A stretch of 64,000 nt of DNA from a virus. Shown here one piece after another: positions 34,744-42,510 of the stretch (positions are counted from its first letter, which is position 1; each line of letters opens with the position of its first letter). The notes beneath the pieces are model-generated. The model ran no database searches and had not been told where the DNA came from. It saw only the letters and a list, made by a program, of their open reading frames with translations. A program made the position numbers and the translations under genes. The stretch lies in the IMG/VR virus record IMGVR_UViG_3300027896_000010, positions 96,001 to 160,000 of that record. One strand, 5' to 3'.

Positions 34744-34989
34744 TTAACCTCTCTTGTTTCTTATACAACGCTCTATTCCTTCATCACATCTAAGGATGTT
34801 TTTTCTTTCATTTTCTAAAGTATCTTGAAGCTTAACTGCCCATTCGATATTCTCTACATCTTCGCCCTCTTCATACAGGCCGTCAATAATATCTTGGCCT
34901 TGAATTATTGCAAGCATCGAGTCTGCTTTGGACTGAGTATAAAAATCCACTAACTCTTGGTCGATTGGGTCTAGTTCCTTATCTGGCAT
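34744..34989 (-). CDS. acidic hypothetical protein
   Basis: SD GAGG; coupled chain. Confidence 0.6.
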   Translation of the reverse strand: MPDKELDPIDQELVDFYTQSKADSMLAIIQGQDIIDGLYEEGEDVENIEWAVKLQDTLENERKNILRCDEGIERCIRNKRG

Positions 34990-34990
34990 C

Positions 34991-35578
34991 TTACCTCTTT
35001 GTTAGCTCGTCAATTCTTGCTTGCTTTCGCCGTTGCAGGTCATTGAAATTCAGAGGACGAGTCGCCATGACCTCCCTTATTTCATCTAGACTCCACGGTT
35101 TAAAATCGTGGCTGTCACAGCCAACATCCAACAGCTTGCCCTCACCCTTAGCGTATTCATTCATCCCGCCATGACTGTGTCCGTACAGGTGCCACGAACC
35201 ATAGTGAGAAAGAGGCCATGTTTTATGTAAATAGTGATTCATGAAAATGTGTTGGTCTACATTCATATCATTTTTGAAATGAATCATATAGGACTCTTTG
35301 ATGTCCTCGAAAACACCACTGGGCCTCTGCTTGTCGTGTGACCCTATGCACAGGAACTTATGACCATTAAGCATAGCTCCAAGCTCTTTATTCTGCTTGC
35401 CATTCCCAAACGAGAAATCACCAAGATGATAAATGATATCATCCTCGCCAACGACTTCGTTCCAGTTCTCAATCAACTTGGCATTCATATCCTCCGTTTT
35501 ATAGAAAGGGCGATGACAGAAGGCCACGATATTGGCATGGAAAAAATGGTGGTCGGCAGAGAAGTATAGCATTAGCAC
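34991..35578 (-). CDS. calcineurin-like metallophosphoesterase
   Basis: SADHHFFH, HLGDFS, GSHD, HY, HLYGHSH. Confidence 0.9.
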   Translation of the reverse strand: MLMLYFSADHHFFHANIVAFCHRPFYKTEDMNAKLIENWNEVVGEDDIIYHLGDFSFGNGKQNKELGAMLNGHKFLCIGSHDKQRPSGVFEDIKESYMIHFKNDMNVDQHIFMNHYLHKTWPLSHYGSWHLYGHSHGGMNEYAKGEGKLLDVGCDSHDFKPWSLDEIREVMATRPLNFNDLQRRKQARIDELTKR

Positions 35579-36024
35579 TTCTTCTTTTCGAACTCTTTTA
35601 CAAAATACTGGATGGCCTCTTTATCTGCAGAAGTGAACCTAAATCTTAAGTCGCCAGTTTCAATTCGTTCCAGCAAATTCTGCAAAATGATTTTACTATT
35701 TTTCGCCCTCTCATGGTCAACGACCTTGGTCGGGTCGAACATGTCTTTTATTTCATTCGAGGCATATTCGTTGTGAAAAAATTCATCTTCAACAGACCTG
35801 CCATCGGCTATTCTACTTGCATGATAAAGCGCAAGCCGCTCAATTGGTGTCACCTTGCTTTTAAGGTCTCCCTTTTCCATTCTATGACTCAAATTACGAT
35901 AGATAACAGAGTGCTTCTTAGGGGTAGGTTTGTTTGCGATTCCACCCTTCCCCTTAGGGCTACGCTTCAAAGGAAAAATGCGTTCTTCTTCCATTATTCC
36001 TCCTCTCCAAAGCAATGACTGCAC
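35572..36024 (-). CDS. hypothetical protein
   Basis: ORF in coupled chain. Confidence 0.6.
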   Translation of the reverse strand: MQSLLWRGGIMEEERIFPLKRSPKGKGGIANKPTPKKHSVIYRNLSHRMEKGDLKSKVTPIERLALYHASRIADGRSVEDEFFHNEYASNEIKDMFDPTKVVDHERAKNSKIILQNLLERIETGDLRFRFTSADKEAIQYFVKEFEKKKC

Positions 36025-36221
36025 AAGGTGCCGTCTTCTGGGAATATCATACTATGGTAATGATAACCGCACTTGCCATCAAGAATACGATTCCCACACG
36101 CCGTTGAAAAGTAATCCCCCTCAGCGGAGATTATCCTATGGATTTTACGGCTTCTCCATCCCGGGACGAGAAAGTAACCTATCATAAACTTTTCCTTTAG
36201 CATTTCATTTGTTTCCCACAT
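35994..36221 (-). CDS. small Cys/His protein
   Basis: IH...TACG...LCSHC; similar pattern to 402..644 and 36630..36818. Confidence 0.55.
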   Translation of the reverse strand: MWETNEMLKEKFMIGYFLVPGWRSRKIHRIISAEGDYFSTACGNRILDGKCGYHYHSMIFPEDGTLCSHCFGEEE

Positions 36222-36227
36222 AGTCTC

Positions 36228-36431
36228 CTAGTCCCTTACAAACTCACTTGGCGCTCCCCCTGTCTTCATGTCGCCACAAACAGTACAACGCCACTTGCTA
36301 CCACCAGATGTGCTAATACAACCGTTATGGAGCCTTACGCCTTTACCGTACTTCTCGTCCTGATATTTGGCTCCATCCTTATTCCCTGCTTGGTTCGAGA
36401 CACAGCTACATTTTTTTAACGCTGTCGCCAT
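36228..36431 (-). CDS. small Zn-finger phage protein
   Basis: CSC...QD..YGKG.R.HN...WRCTVCG. Confidence 0.7.
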   Translation of the reverse strand: MATALKKCSCVSNQAGNKDGAKYQDEKYGKGVRLHNGCISTSGGSKWRCTVCGDMKTGGAPSEFVRD

Positions 36432-36432
36432 C

Positions 36433-36663
36433 TTATTCTCCTTCCCCTAATGTTACAAATTCATAAATAGCTTCTTCTATCAATTCTGAAGATGTTTTCC
36501 CTGTTATCTCTGACATTTCCTGCAACATCCTTCTAGCTTCCTTATTGTATTTTATCTTCAATTCCCACATGCCATTCGCCAACTGTGTTTCCTTAAGAAT
36601 CTTGAAGCTTGGCTCCTTGGGTTTTCGTTTCATGATGTTTCCTCCTCGTACAGCCTCAAACAT
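36433..36663 (-). CDS. ribbon-helix-helix (CopG-like) DNA-binding protein
   Basis: LKIKYNKEARRMLQEMSEITGKTSSELIEEAIYEFV. Confidence 0.6.
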   Translation of the reverse strand: MFEAVRGGNIMKRKPKEPSFKILKETQLANGMWELKIKYNKEARRMLQEMSEITGKTSSELIEEAIYEFVTLGEGE

Positions 36664-36818
36664 TCTTCACAATCGGCTAGCTTTTCGATACGGTTTATTA
36701 TCGATTTGTTATCTTGTTGACCACACAGAGAAGTCAATCGCTTGCTCCCAAGCCGTGTAACATATCTTCCTAGATGAATCCTATCATCTTCTTCCATCTT
36801 GAAGCTTACATACGCCAT
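36630..36818 (-). CDS. small Cys/His protein
   Basis: IH...SLCG...CEEC. Confidence 0.55.
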   Translation of the reverse strand: MAYVSFKMEEDDRIHLGRYVTRLGSKRLTSLCGQQDNKSIINRIEKLADCEECLRLYEEETS

Positions 36819-36820
36819 TA

Positions 36821-37447
36821 TTACATCTTCTCCACCATATCAAAACTCTCGTTATCCCTTAGAACGTCTTCTGCCATCTTGTTCTTTAATTTTTTCCTAG
36901 TCCTCGTGAGAGCATTATCTACAGCTTTAGTGCTACACCCCAGTCTCTTTGCACTCTCTTCATAGTTATCACCTAGAAGATGATTTACCAAAGCTCCCTG
37001 CTCTATTTCCGTAAGGTCATTTTCTGCGAAATTCTCTATGCCCTCCATGGTGCCCATCATTTCACTGTACTCATAGGGTTCATCAGGAATCGTAGGTAGA
37101 TGTTTATCATTGATATCCTGAAGAGCCGTAGAAAGACTCAGAAGCTTGTGCTTGATTCTGGAGTGGGACTTGACGGCAGTAAGCACCTCAGCCCACACAC
37201 AACGCCCCACAAAGCTCTTCAGCGTACCCCTATCAGGATTATAAGTGTTTATGGCCTTCAAAATTCCTATCGAAGCTTCCTGTATCATATCATCAGTTTC
37301 GGCTCCAAGCAGAAAATAATGCTGAATACAGCTATAGGCAAGATACTTATAGCGCCTGATAAACTCTTTGACCGCTATCTCGTCCCTGCCCCTAGCCAAA
37401 AACAAAATCTCTTCATCGGTTTTTCTCTTGTAATCAATATAACCCAT
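36821..37447 (-). CDS. SigH-like sigma-70 family sigma factor
   Basis: YFLLGAETDDMIQEASIGILKAI, region-4 HTH YEESAKRLGCSTKAVDNALTR.RKKL. Confidence 0.88.
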   Translation of the reverse strand: MGYIDYKRKTDEEILFLARGRDEIAVKEFIRRYKYLAYSCIQHYFLLGAETDDMIQEASIGILKAINTYNPDRGTLKSFVGRCVWAEVLTAVKSHSRIKHKLLSLSTALQDINDKHLPTIPDEPYEYSEMMGTMEGIENFAENDLTEIEQGALVNHLLGDNYEESAKRLGCSTKAVDNALTRTRKKLKNKMAEDVLRDNESFDMVEKM

Positions 37448-37480
37448 GTGACATCGACCTCCTTATTGTCGTTCATCATC

Positions 37481-37557
37481 TGGCGGGGTCAACGAGATTC
37501 GAACTCGTGTTGGCAGATTGAAGGTCTGCTATCCTGACCTGACTAGATGATGACCCC
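37481..37557 (-). tRNA. tRNA-Glu(UUC), with C33
   Basis: GGGGTCA/TGACCCC acceptor, G73, CCA, stem GCAGA/TCTGC, loop CCTTCAA, T-loop TTCGAAT. Confidence 0.9.
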
Positions 37558-38054
37558 TAGCCTCTCAGTTTGTTCTGCTTGCAATATATTTCGTACTTGG
37601 CGAAATCACGTTCCTCGGCCAGATGCTTACATATATGGTTGAGCTTTTTTACAATCAACCTGAGTTTCTCGTTCTCTTCATCAGATGATGCCATCTTAGC
37701 CAACTGTATAGTTATATTTTCTAGGTCTACAACATGGTCTTCATCAAGCCTGATTTTCAATGGGATTCTGGCATCATCATCATGTTTGCGTTCCCAGTGC
37801 CGTGGCTTGGTATCATTTGGCTTAGTCTCAAATAGCGTATCTGGCACAAGAGACTTCGTGCCTTTTGCTTTTGGAGGAGATGGTTTCTTTTCTGGGTTGT
37901 TCTGAGGGCACCCCTCAGCCGTCTTGGAACAACACATCCTGCCATCAGGCGCTGGCAAGTCATACTTGGCCACTTCCCCACAACCAAATTCACATAGCAT
38001 ATACCCAGTAACGTCTCTAGCCATTAGTTTCCTCCTCAGCCAGTTTGATTGCAT
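37557..38054 (-). CDS. hypothetical protein with N-terminal Cys cluster
   Basis: CEFGCG...CCS...CP. Confidence 0.65.
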   Translation of the reverse strand: MQSNWLRRKLMARDVTGYMLCEFGCGEVAKYDLPAPDGRMCCSKTAEGCPQNNPEKKPSPPKAKGTKSLVPDTLFETKPNDTKPRHWERKHDDDARIPLKIRLDEDHVVDLENITIQLAKMASSDEENEKLRLIVKKLNHICKHLAEERDFAKYEIYCKQNKLRG

Positions 38055-38400
38055 ACTCTTCTGGAGTCAGCAAATCGACCTGATACCCTTCCTTTTGGAG
38101 AGCCTCAATACCTGCGTCATCAAGGGGATATGTCTCAATCCCTAAGAAGTCCAGTATAGCATAATGGACGTAGGCTTCCAAGTCCTCTTGGAACTCAGGG
38201 CAATCGCCATGTTTCTTGGCGACCTCGACCAGATTCGCACAGGCCATCTCCTGCATCGTCTTCGGCACGAATCTGAGCAGGATGCTCTTAGAGAGCTTCT
38301 CCTCACCCTCAGGCGCTGGACGCTCCTTGTAAGCCTTCAGGCTCACAGGCAAATACACCGTTGCCACGAACTCGTCTCTCTCAGTCGTCATATGCTCCAC
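38017..38400 (-). CDS. hypothetical protein
   Basis: SD GGAGGTG. Confidence 0.6.
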   Translation of the reverse strand: MEHMTTERDEFVATVYLPVSLKAYKERPAPEGEEKLSKSILLRFVPKTMQEMACANLVEVAKKHGDCPEFQEDLEAYVHYAILDFLGIETYPLDDAGIEALQKEGYQVDLLTPEEYAIKLAEEETNG

Positions 38401-38403
38401 CTC

Positions 38404-38706
38404 CTAAAAATCTTCGCCTTGGTGGTATTCTAGGGTCAAGCCTTTCCACTCCATAATCCCTTGGGACGGAAAGACATCACACTCATACTCATCTGGCAGT
38501 ACCATTACTGCACCTGATGGCATGAGAATTACCACCCTGTCCTCTGGTATCTCTTTTGGGATACGGATTTCTTTAGTCTCTAACATACGTACCACCCCCT
38601 CACAGGAAGAAAACTTCCAGCTTGGTATCCATATCTTGCTCACGCATCTCGTGCAGGAATTCCCAGTCAACATCTTCACCGTTATAACCCCAGCCCTCGC
38701 TTTCAT
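38404..38706 (-). CDS. hypothetical protein
   Basis: ORF track; true start may be internal. Confidence 0.5.
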   Translation of the reverse strand: MKARAGVITVKMLTGNSCTRCVSKIWIPSWKFSSCEGVVRMLETKEIRIPKEIPEDRVVILMPSGAVMVLPDEYECDVFPSQGIMEWKGLTLEYHQGEDF

Positions 38707-39136
38707 GGTCTATCCCAGCAAGCTTCTCAAGCATCCTGTCATAAACCTTCAGGAAATCGCTGGAACGCTTCATATTATCCTTGGCGATGACGTTATTATG
38801 AAACTCTACGGCCTCACTGACGGCAGTAGCCATATCCAGATAAAACTCAGCATTCTTGGCGTTCTTGGTCTCCATGCCCTTTTCACGAAAATAATAGAAC
38901 GCATCCAGCCCCTTACAGAATACATGACTCCAGTATCTAGCCTGTAAGACCAGATTCTTCCTGAACTCCAACAGTTCGGCCTTGGTAGCCTCTGAGAGGC
39001 GCTCAGAAGCGTTCTCAAAGGCAAACTCTTCCAGAGTGTCCTCTACTACTGGCTCTGGCTCTTCAGCCGCCATCATAGCGTAGAAACTTATAATATCACC
39101 CACGGCTATCATCCCTTTCCTTAATGGTCTTCCCAT
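38600..39136 (-). CDS. hypothetical protein
   Basis: ORF in coupled chain. Confidence 0.55.
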   Translation of the reverse strand: MGRPLRKGMIAVGDIISFYAMMAAEEPEPVVEDTLEEFAFENASERLSEATKAELLEFRKNLVLQARYWSHVFCKGLDAFYYFREKGMETKNAKNAEFYLDMATAVSEAVEFHNNVIAKDNMKRSSDFLKVYDRMLEKLAGIDHESEGWGYNGEDVDWEFLHEMREQDMDTKLEVFFL

Positions 39137-39456
39137 TCACCTTTTTGCCACGCATACATACCCTCTTTCATCCACTGATAACCCATCACAGTGACTGTAT
39201 GCAAAATAGCTCCATCCCCGGGGGCATGGATAAACCTCTCTGCCCTTTCTGGCACTGTCACCAGCTTCAATTCAGGGCGCTCTGCAACAGCCTTGAGAGC
39301 CTCTGCATGAGGACAGGTATCCCTATGGGCTTCGCCATTTAGGAGACTGCAACGCCAAGTGCCAAATCTCCCCCGAACACGGCAAGGGCATTGCTTAGGA
39401 TATTCGCCGTAGTACTCGCCTTCATATGTTCCGAAACCATCTTCACAGATACTCAT
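39121..39456 (-). CDS. Cys-rich protein, CPHAxALKA family
   Basis: MSICE...CPC...C...CPHAEALKAVAERPELKLV. Confidence 0.7.
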   Translation of the reverse strand: MSICEDGFGTYEGEYYGEYPKQCPCRVRGRFGTWRCSLLNGEAHRDTCPHAEALKAVAERPELKLVTVPERAERFIHAPGDGAILHTVTVMGYQWMKEGMYAWQKGEWEDH

Positions 39457-40139
39457 GACTTATCCTTGATGAACAGATAACCGATTCCCCTGATAGTGTC
39501 GATAAACTTCGGATGGTCAACGACTACGTCTCCCAGCTTTGTCCTGAAGCGTCCGATATAGGGGGCTACGTTCCCAGCACCCATCTCGGCATCTTCGCCC
39601 CACACTTGCTCTATCAACTGTTCACGAGAAAAGATGATGTTGGGATTACTAGCCAGCACCCACAGAAGGTCGAACTCTTTCTTACCAAAGGGAATCTTCT
39701 TGCCATCCAGCACCACTTCTCGCTTTTCAGAGTCAATGGTGAGGTTGCCATTGGTATGATAGTGAAGCACCGTAGGGCGAGGCGGTTCAGCGGTGGCATG
39801 CAAAGCAAGATTGATTTGGCTCAATAACCGTGGCATCTCGAAAGGCGTAGATAGGTAGTTCATTGACCCTCGGTCTATATCACCAGCCCTCCATGTATCC
39901 TTTGCCCCGAAAACGATAGCTGGGATATGCTCGGTCTTCATCAACATTTCTACCAGACCAGACCCAGTCATCGTGGTGTGAGCCACAACGCAGTCAGGCT
40001 CTTCATTCTTGCAGAGCTTGAGAGCGTCTTTGACCTTGGAAGCCGTCAGCATCTCAACGCCAGCCTTCTTCAGGTAAGGAGCCAGCAATTCTATGTTCAT
40101 TTCGTCATCATCGACCATAAGAACTTTCAGTTCTGCCAT
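39453..40139 (-). CDS. OmpR/PhoB-family response regulator with degenerate receiver domain
   Basis: VLMVDDD; wHTH KKEFDLL..LA.N....SREQL...VWG...I.T.RG.GY; phospho-Asp position is His. Confidence 0.88.
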   Translation of the reverse strand: MAELKVLMVDDDEMNIELLAPYLKKAGVEMLTASKVKDALKLCKNEEPDCVVAHTTMTGSGLVEMLMKTEHIPAIVFGAKDTWRAGDIDRGSMNYLSTPFEMPRLLSQINLALHATAEPPRPTVLHYHTNGNLTIDSEKREVVLDGKKIPFGKKEFDLLWVLASNPNIIFSREQLIEQVWGEDAEMGAGNVAPYIGRFRTKLGDVVVDHPKFIDTIRGIGYLFIKDKS

Positions 40140-40140
40140 C

Positions 40141-40410
40141 CTAGTCCTCCTCTCGCCTGAGTGGCATCAGTCGCCACTTGCAACCATGCTTTTCTTCGGC
40201 AATGAACCTACTAGGGTCAAACGCCTTCGAACGGTGCCTATGACCATCGATAACAGGAACATAAGTCAGCCATCGAACCTTCACTTTGTTCCCGATAGTT
40301 TCGACATCACCATACGCCAAGCGACCATCGCTTCGAGTACAAACCTTATCTCCCACGGTCATGATTGCTTTGACCTCTCGGCCTATCTTCCTACGCTCAT
40401 TATCTGTCAT
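40141..40410 (-). CDS. hypothetical SH3/KOW-like protein
   Basis: VGDKV...YGDV...KVKVRW. Confidence 0.55.
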   Translation of the reverse strand: MTDNERRKIGREVKAIMTVGDKVCTRSDGRLAYGDVETIGNKVKVRWLTYVPVIDGHRHRSKAFDPSRFIAEEKHGCKWRLMPLRREED

Positions 40411-40418
40411 AAGACCCC

Positions 40419-40742
40419 CTACTGCTCGTGGTTGGCGATACGAGCCAACTGACCAGCGTACTTCATCATAGCTTTTTTGCCAGCGCTGAACTGCTTCTCG
40501 CTAAGGCTCCGACCATTGAGTATCTGCTTTGCCAGCGAAGTCAAGAACTCGTCGTCGGCACCGCTAAGCCCCACACCGTTCTGATGCTGGGTATGCTCAG
40601 TCACCTGTTCGTCTGCAGTCTGGTAATTATAGATAGCGACAATGCCCCTGATGACTGCCACAGGGTCATTCTCCAGTAGCCCCCTAGCCATCTGCTTAGT
40701 CCATTTCTTCTCTTCTGCCATAGCTATCACCTCTTTCCTCAT
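40419..40742 (-). CDS. conserved-looking phage hypothetical protein
   Basis: IY..QT.DEQ...T...NGVG....D...LTSLA.Q......LS.KQ.......KYA.QL resembles a widespread phage family. Confidence 0.75.
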   Translation of the reverse strand: MRKEVIAMAEEKKWTKQMARGLLENDPVAVIRGIVAIYNYQTADEQVTEHTQHQNGVGLSGADDEFLTSLAKQILNGRSLSEKQFSAGKKAMMKYAGQLARIANHEQ

Positions 40743-40758
40743 CCATAGTTCCTATGAT

Positions 40759-40787
40759 ATTATACCATAAAAACTGTGAATTCGCAA
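40759..40787 (-). promoter_or_regulatory. sigma70-type promoter with TGTGAATTCGCA box
   Basis: TTGCGA-17-TGGTATAAT; box at 40775..40786. Confidence 0.72.
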
Positions 40788-40788
40788 A

Positions 40789-41157
40789 TCAAGAGGCTGA
40801 CTTCAACAGCTTTTCGTGCAGAGACTCGATGGTTTCGCCTTCGGATGAAGATGATAGAGACAGCCCCTGCTCATCCATCAATCGGAACAGAATGCTGGGG
40901 TCTTCCGCAATATCCTCTGGCCTGATATCGGCAGGAACCTTGACCTTAATAGCATCTACATACCTGCTCTTGAACAACTGTGCCATGATAAACTCGTTAA
41001 GACCCACGAGGTACTCGTTCTCTTCCTCTAATTCCTCGACCCTTGCCAGCAACCCCGGTATGAGTTGCTCTGGCTTCGCCCAGCCAACGTGAGTCGTGCT
41101 AGGCTCCTCTTCCTTCTTCCTGTTGTTGATGTCTCTGTATCCTATCACCGACACCAC
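40789..41157 (-). CDS. hypothetical protein with coiled coil
   Basis: SD GGAGGTG. Confidence 0.6.
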   Translation of the reverse strand: MVSVIGYRDINNRKKEEEPSTTHVGWAKPEQLIPGLLARVEELEEENEYLVGLNEFIMAQLFKSRYVDAIKVKVPADIRPEDIAEDPSILFRLMDEQGLSLSSSSEGETIESLHEKLLKSAS

Positions 41158-41635
41158 CTCCTTGTCCTAGTCCTTGGCGAAGGGCGACGAACCTACTCCA
41201 CTATCCCTTATCTACTCACCATCTGCTTTCCCTTCGGCACACGCCTTGCATATACCCCTCGGCTCGTCATACCCCTTTCCCTATCAGATGCAGAACACTC
41301 GCCCCTACTGCTCTCCCCGACTCCCATTGTGCTGACTCCTTCGCCTCATTATGGCGCTATCCCTGCCAGCCAACCGCCTGTACACGGCTGTCGGTTCCAA
41401 GCTCCCTCTCTTATCTTTTGCCATGGGCTTTTGAATTTACCTCCCAACCTCAGGGCGGTGTCTGCAATCTATCTATCTTCAGGCTTACGAAGCCTATCCC
41501 TCTCCAGATTCTCCAGAGCCTGTTGCTTCAGTTCTGGCAAGTCCTCAAACATCTCTTCGATGACTGGACGCATCCAGTCTACTAGAACTTCTCTCATTTG
41601 TTCTACCTCACGCTCTCCCATCTGCATCCTCCTTT

Positions 41636-42037
41636 CTATCTCCACCATTCACTTCCACCATCATACTGATGAAGCGTTCGTGATATCGCCCCTGCAGAAG
41701 CTGGGCGGTGACGATAATGATATTCTTTCTGCTTAGGCCCCCAGAACTCCTGATTAACTCCGCTTGTGTCGTATTCCTCATTGATATTAACGAACTCATG
41801 CTCTAGCTCTGGTATGTATGCTTTGCATATTGCTATCCCCATAGCGTATTCTATCTCAACTACGACTCCTGAAACACCCATACAGACTTGTGGAGGATAC
41901 AGAACACACTCGCACCTGTCATCTGGCGATGCCCCTATAGGCCACCATCTTGCACATGGAACACCAGTTAATTTATACATAGCCTTGCATACCCAGTTAG
42001 GCGCTTTCGGTTCTGGCTTGTTAGGCTTGGTGTCCAT
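41636..42037 (-). CDS. hypothetical protein
   Basis: SD AAGGAG; Cys-containing. Confidence 0.55.
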   Translation of the reverse strand: MDTKPNKPEPKAPNWVCKAMYKLTGVPCARWWPIGASPDDRCECVLYPPQVCMGVSGVVVEIEYAMGIAICKAYIPELEHEFVNINEEYDTSGVNQEFWGPKQKEYHYRHRPASAGAISRTLHQYDGGSEWWR

Positions 42038-42054
42038 ATCCTACTCCTTTCCAC

Positions 42055-42086
42055 AAAAAAAAGAGGGACGCCCGAAAGCGTCCCTT
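42055..42086 (-). terminator. Rho-independent terminator
   Basis: AGGGACGC-TTTCGG-GCGTCCCT-CTTTTTTTT. Confidence 0.85.
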
Positions 42087-42116
42087 CTTCCTTCTGGGTC
42101 ACTATCTTGCAGATGT

Positions 42117-42145
42117 ATTATACCACAGTAACCCTATAATTTCAA
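42117..42145 (-). promoter_or_regulatory. sigma70-type promoter
   Basis: TTGAAA-17-TGGTATAAT. Confidence 0.65.
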
Positions 42146-42147
42146 AC

Positions 42148-42462
42148 TTACGGTATCTCTGGAGGGGTGGGCTTGAATATGCTAGTCTTCTCATTCACCA
42201 CTGTTTCCACCCCAGAATCTTTCCAGAAACTCGCATATGTCGCCTGTGCCGCTACGAATACCAGAGCAATAGTACCGACAATATTTGCAGCAGTCCAACT
42301 CAACTGCCCAGTCGCCCATATCGTCAGAACTCCAGCACCACCACATGCCACGATTGCCACTAACAGGTTCGCCCATCGAGGGAACTTGACCTGTTTCAGA
42401 ACAGTAATTAAAAAGGTCATCAAAATACCAATTACTATCGCCGCCGCTTGCGTGTTAACCAT
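42148..42462 (-). CDS. putative holin (three TM helices)
   Basis: Three hydrophobic segments then FWK..GV; lies directly after tail genes. Confidence 0.7.
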   Translation of the reverse strand: MVNTQAAAIVIGILMTFLITVLKQVKFPRWANLLVAIVACGGAGVLTIWATGQLSWTAANIVGTIALVFVAAQATYASFWKDSGVETVVNEKTSIFKPTPPEIP

Positions 42463-42510
42463 ACAATCTCACCTCCTCTAGCTTTAATATCTTATATGAT
42501 AAACTTACGG

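Noticed and set aside
13520-41175. Recurring GGACTAGGA motif (about 13527, 14012, 29540, 36226, 40140, 41165)
   Set aside because: Mostly explained by a TAG stop fused to or near the next gene's Shine-Dalgarno site.
41160-41630. Several 35-55-aa minus-strand ORFs
   Set aside because: Competing frames and no motifs; could not choose a supported gene model.
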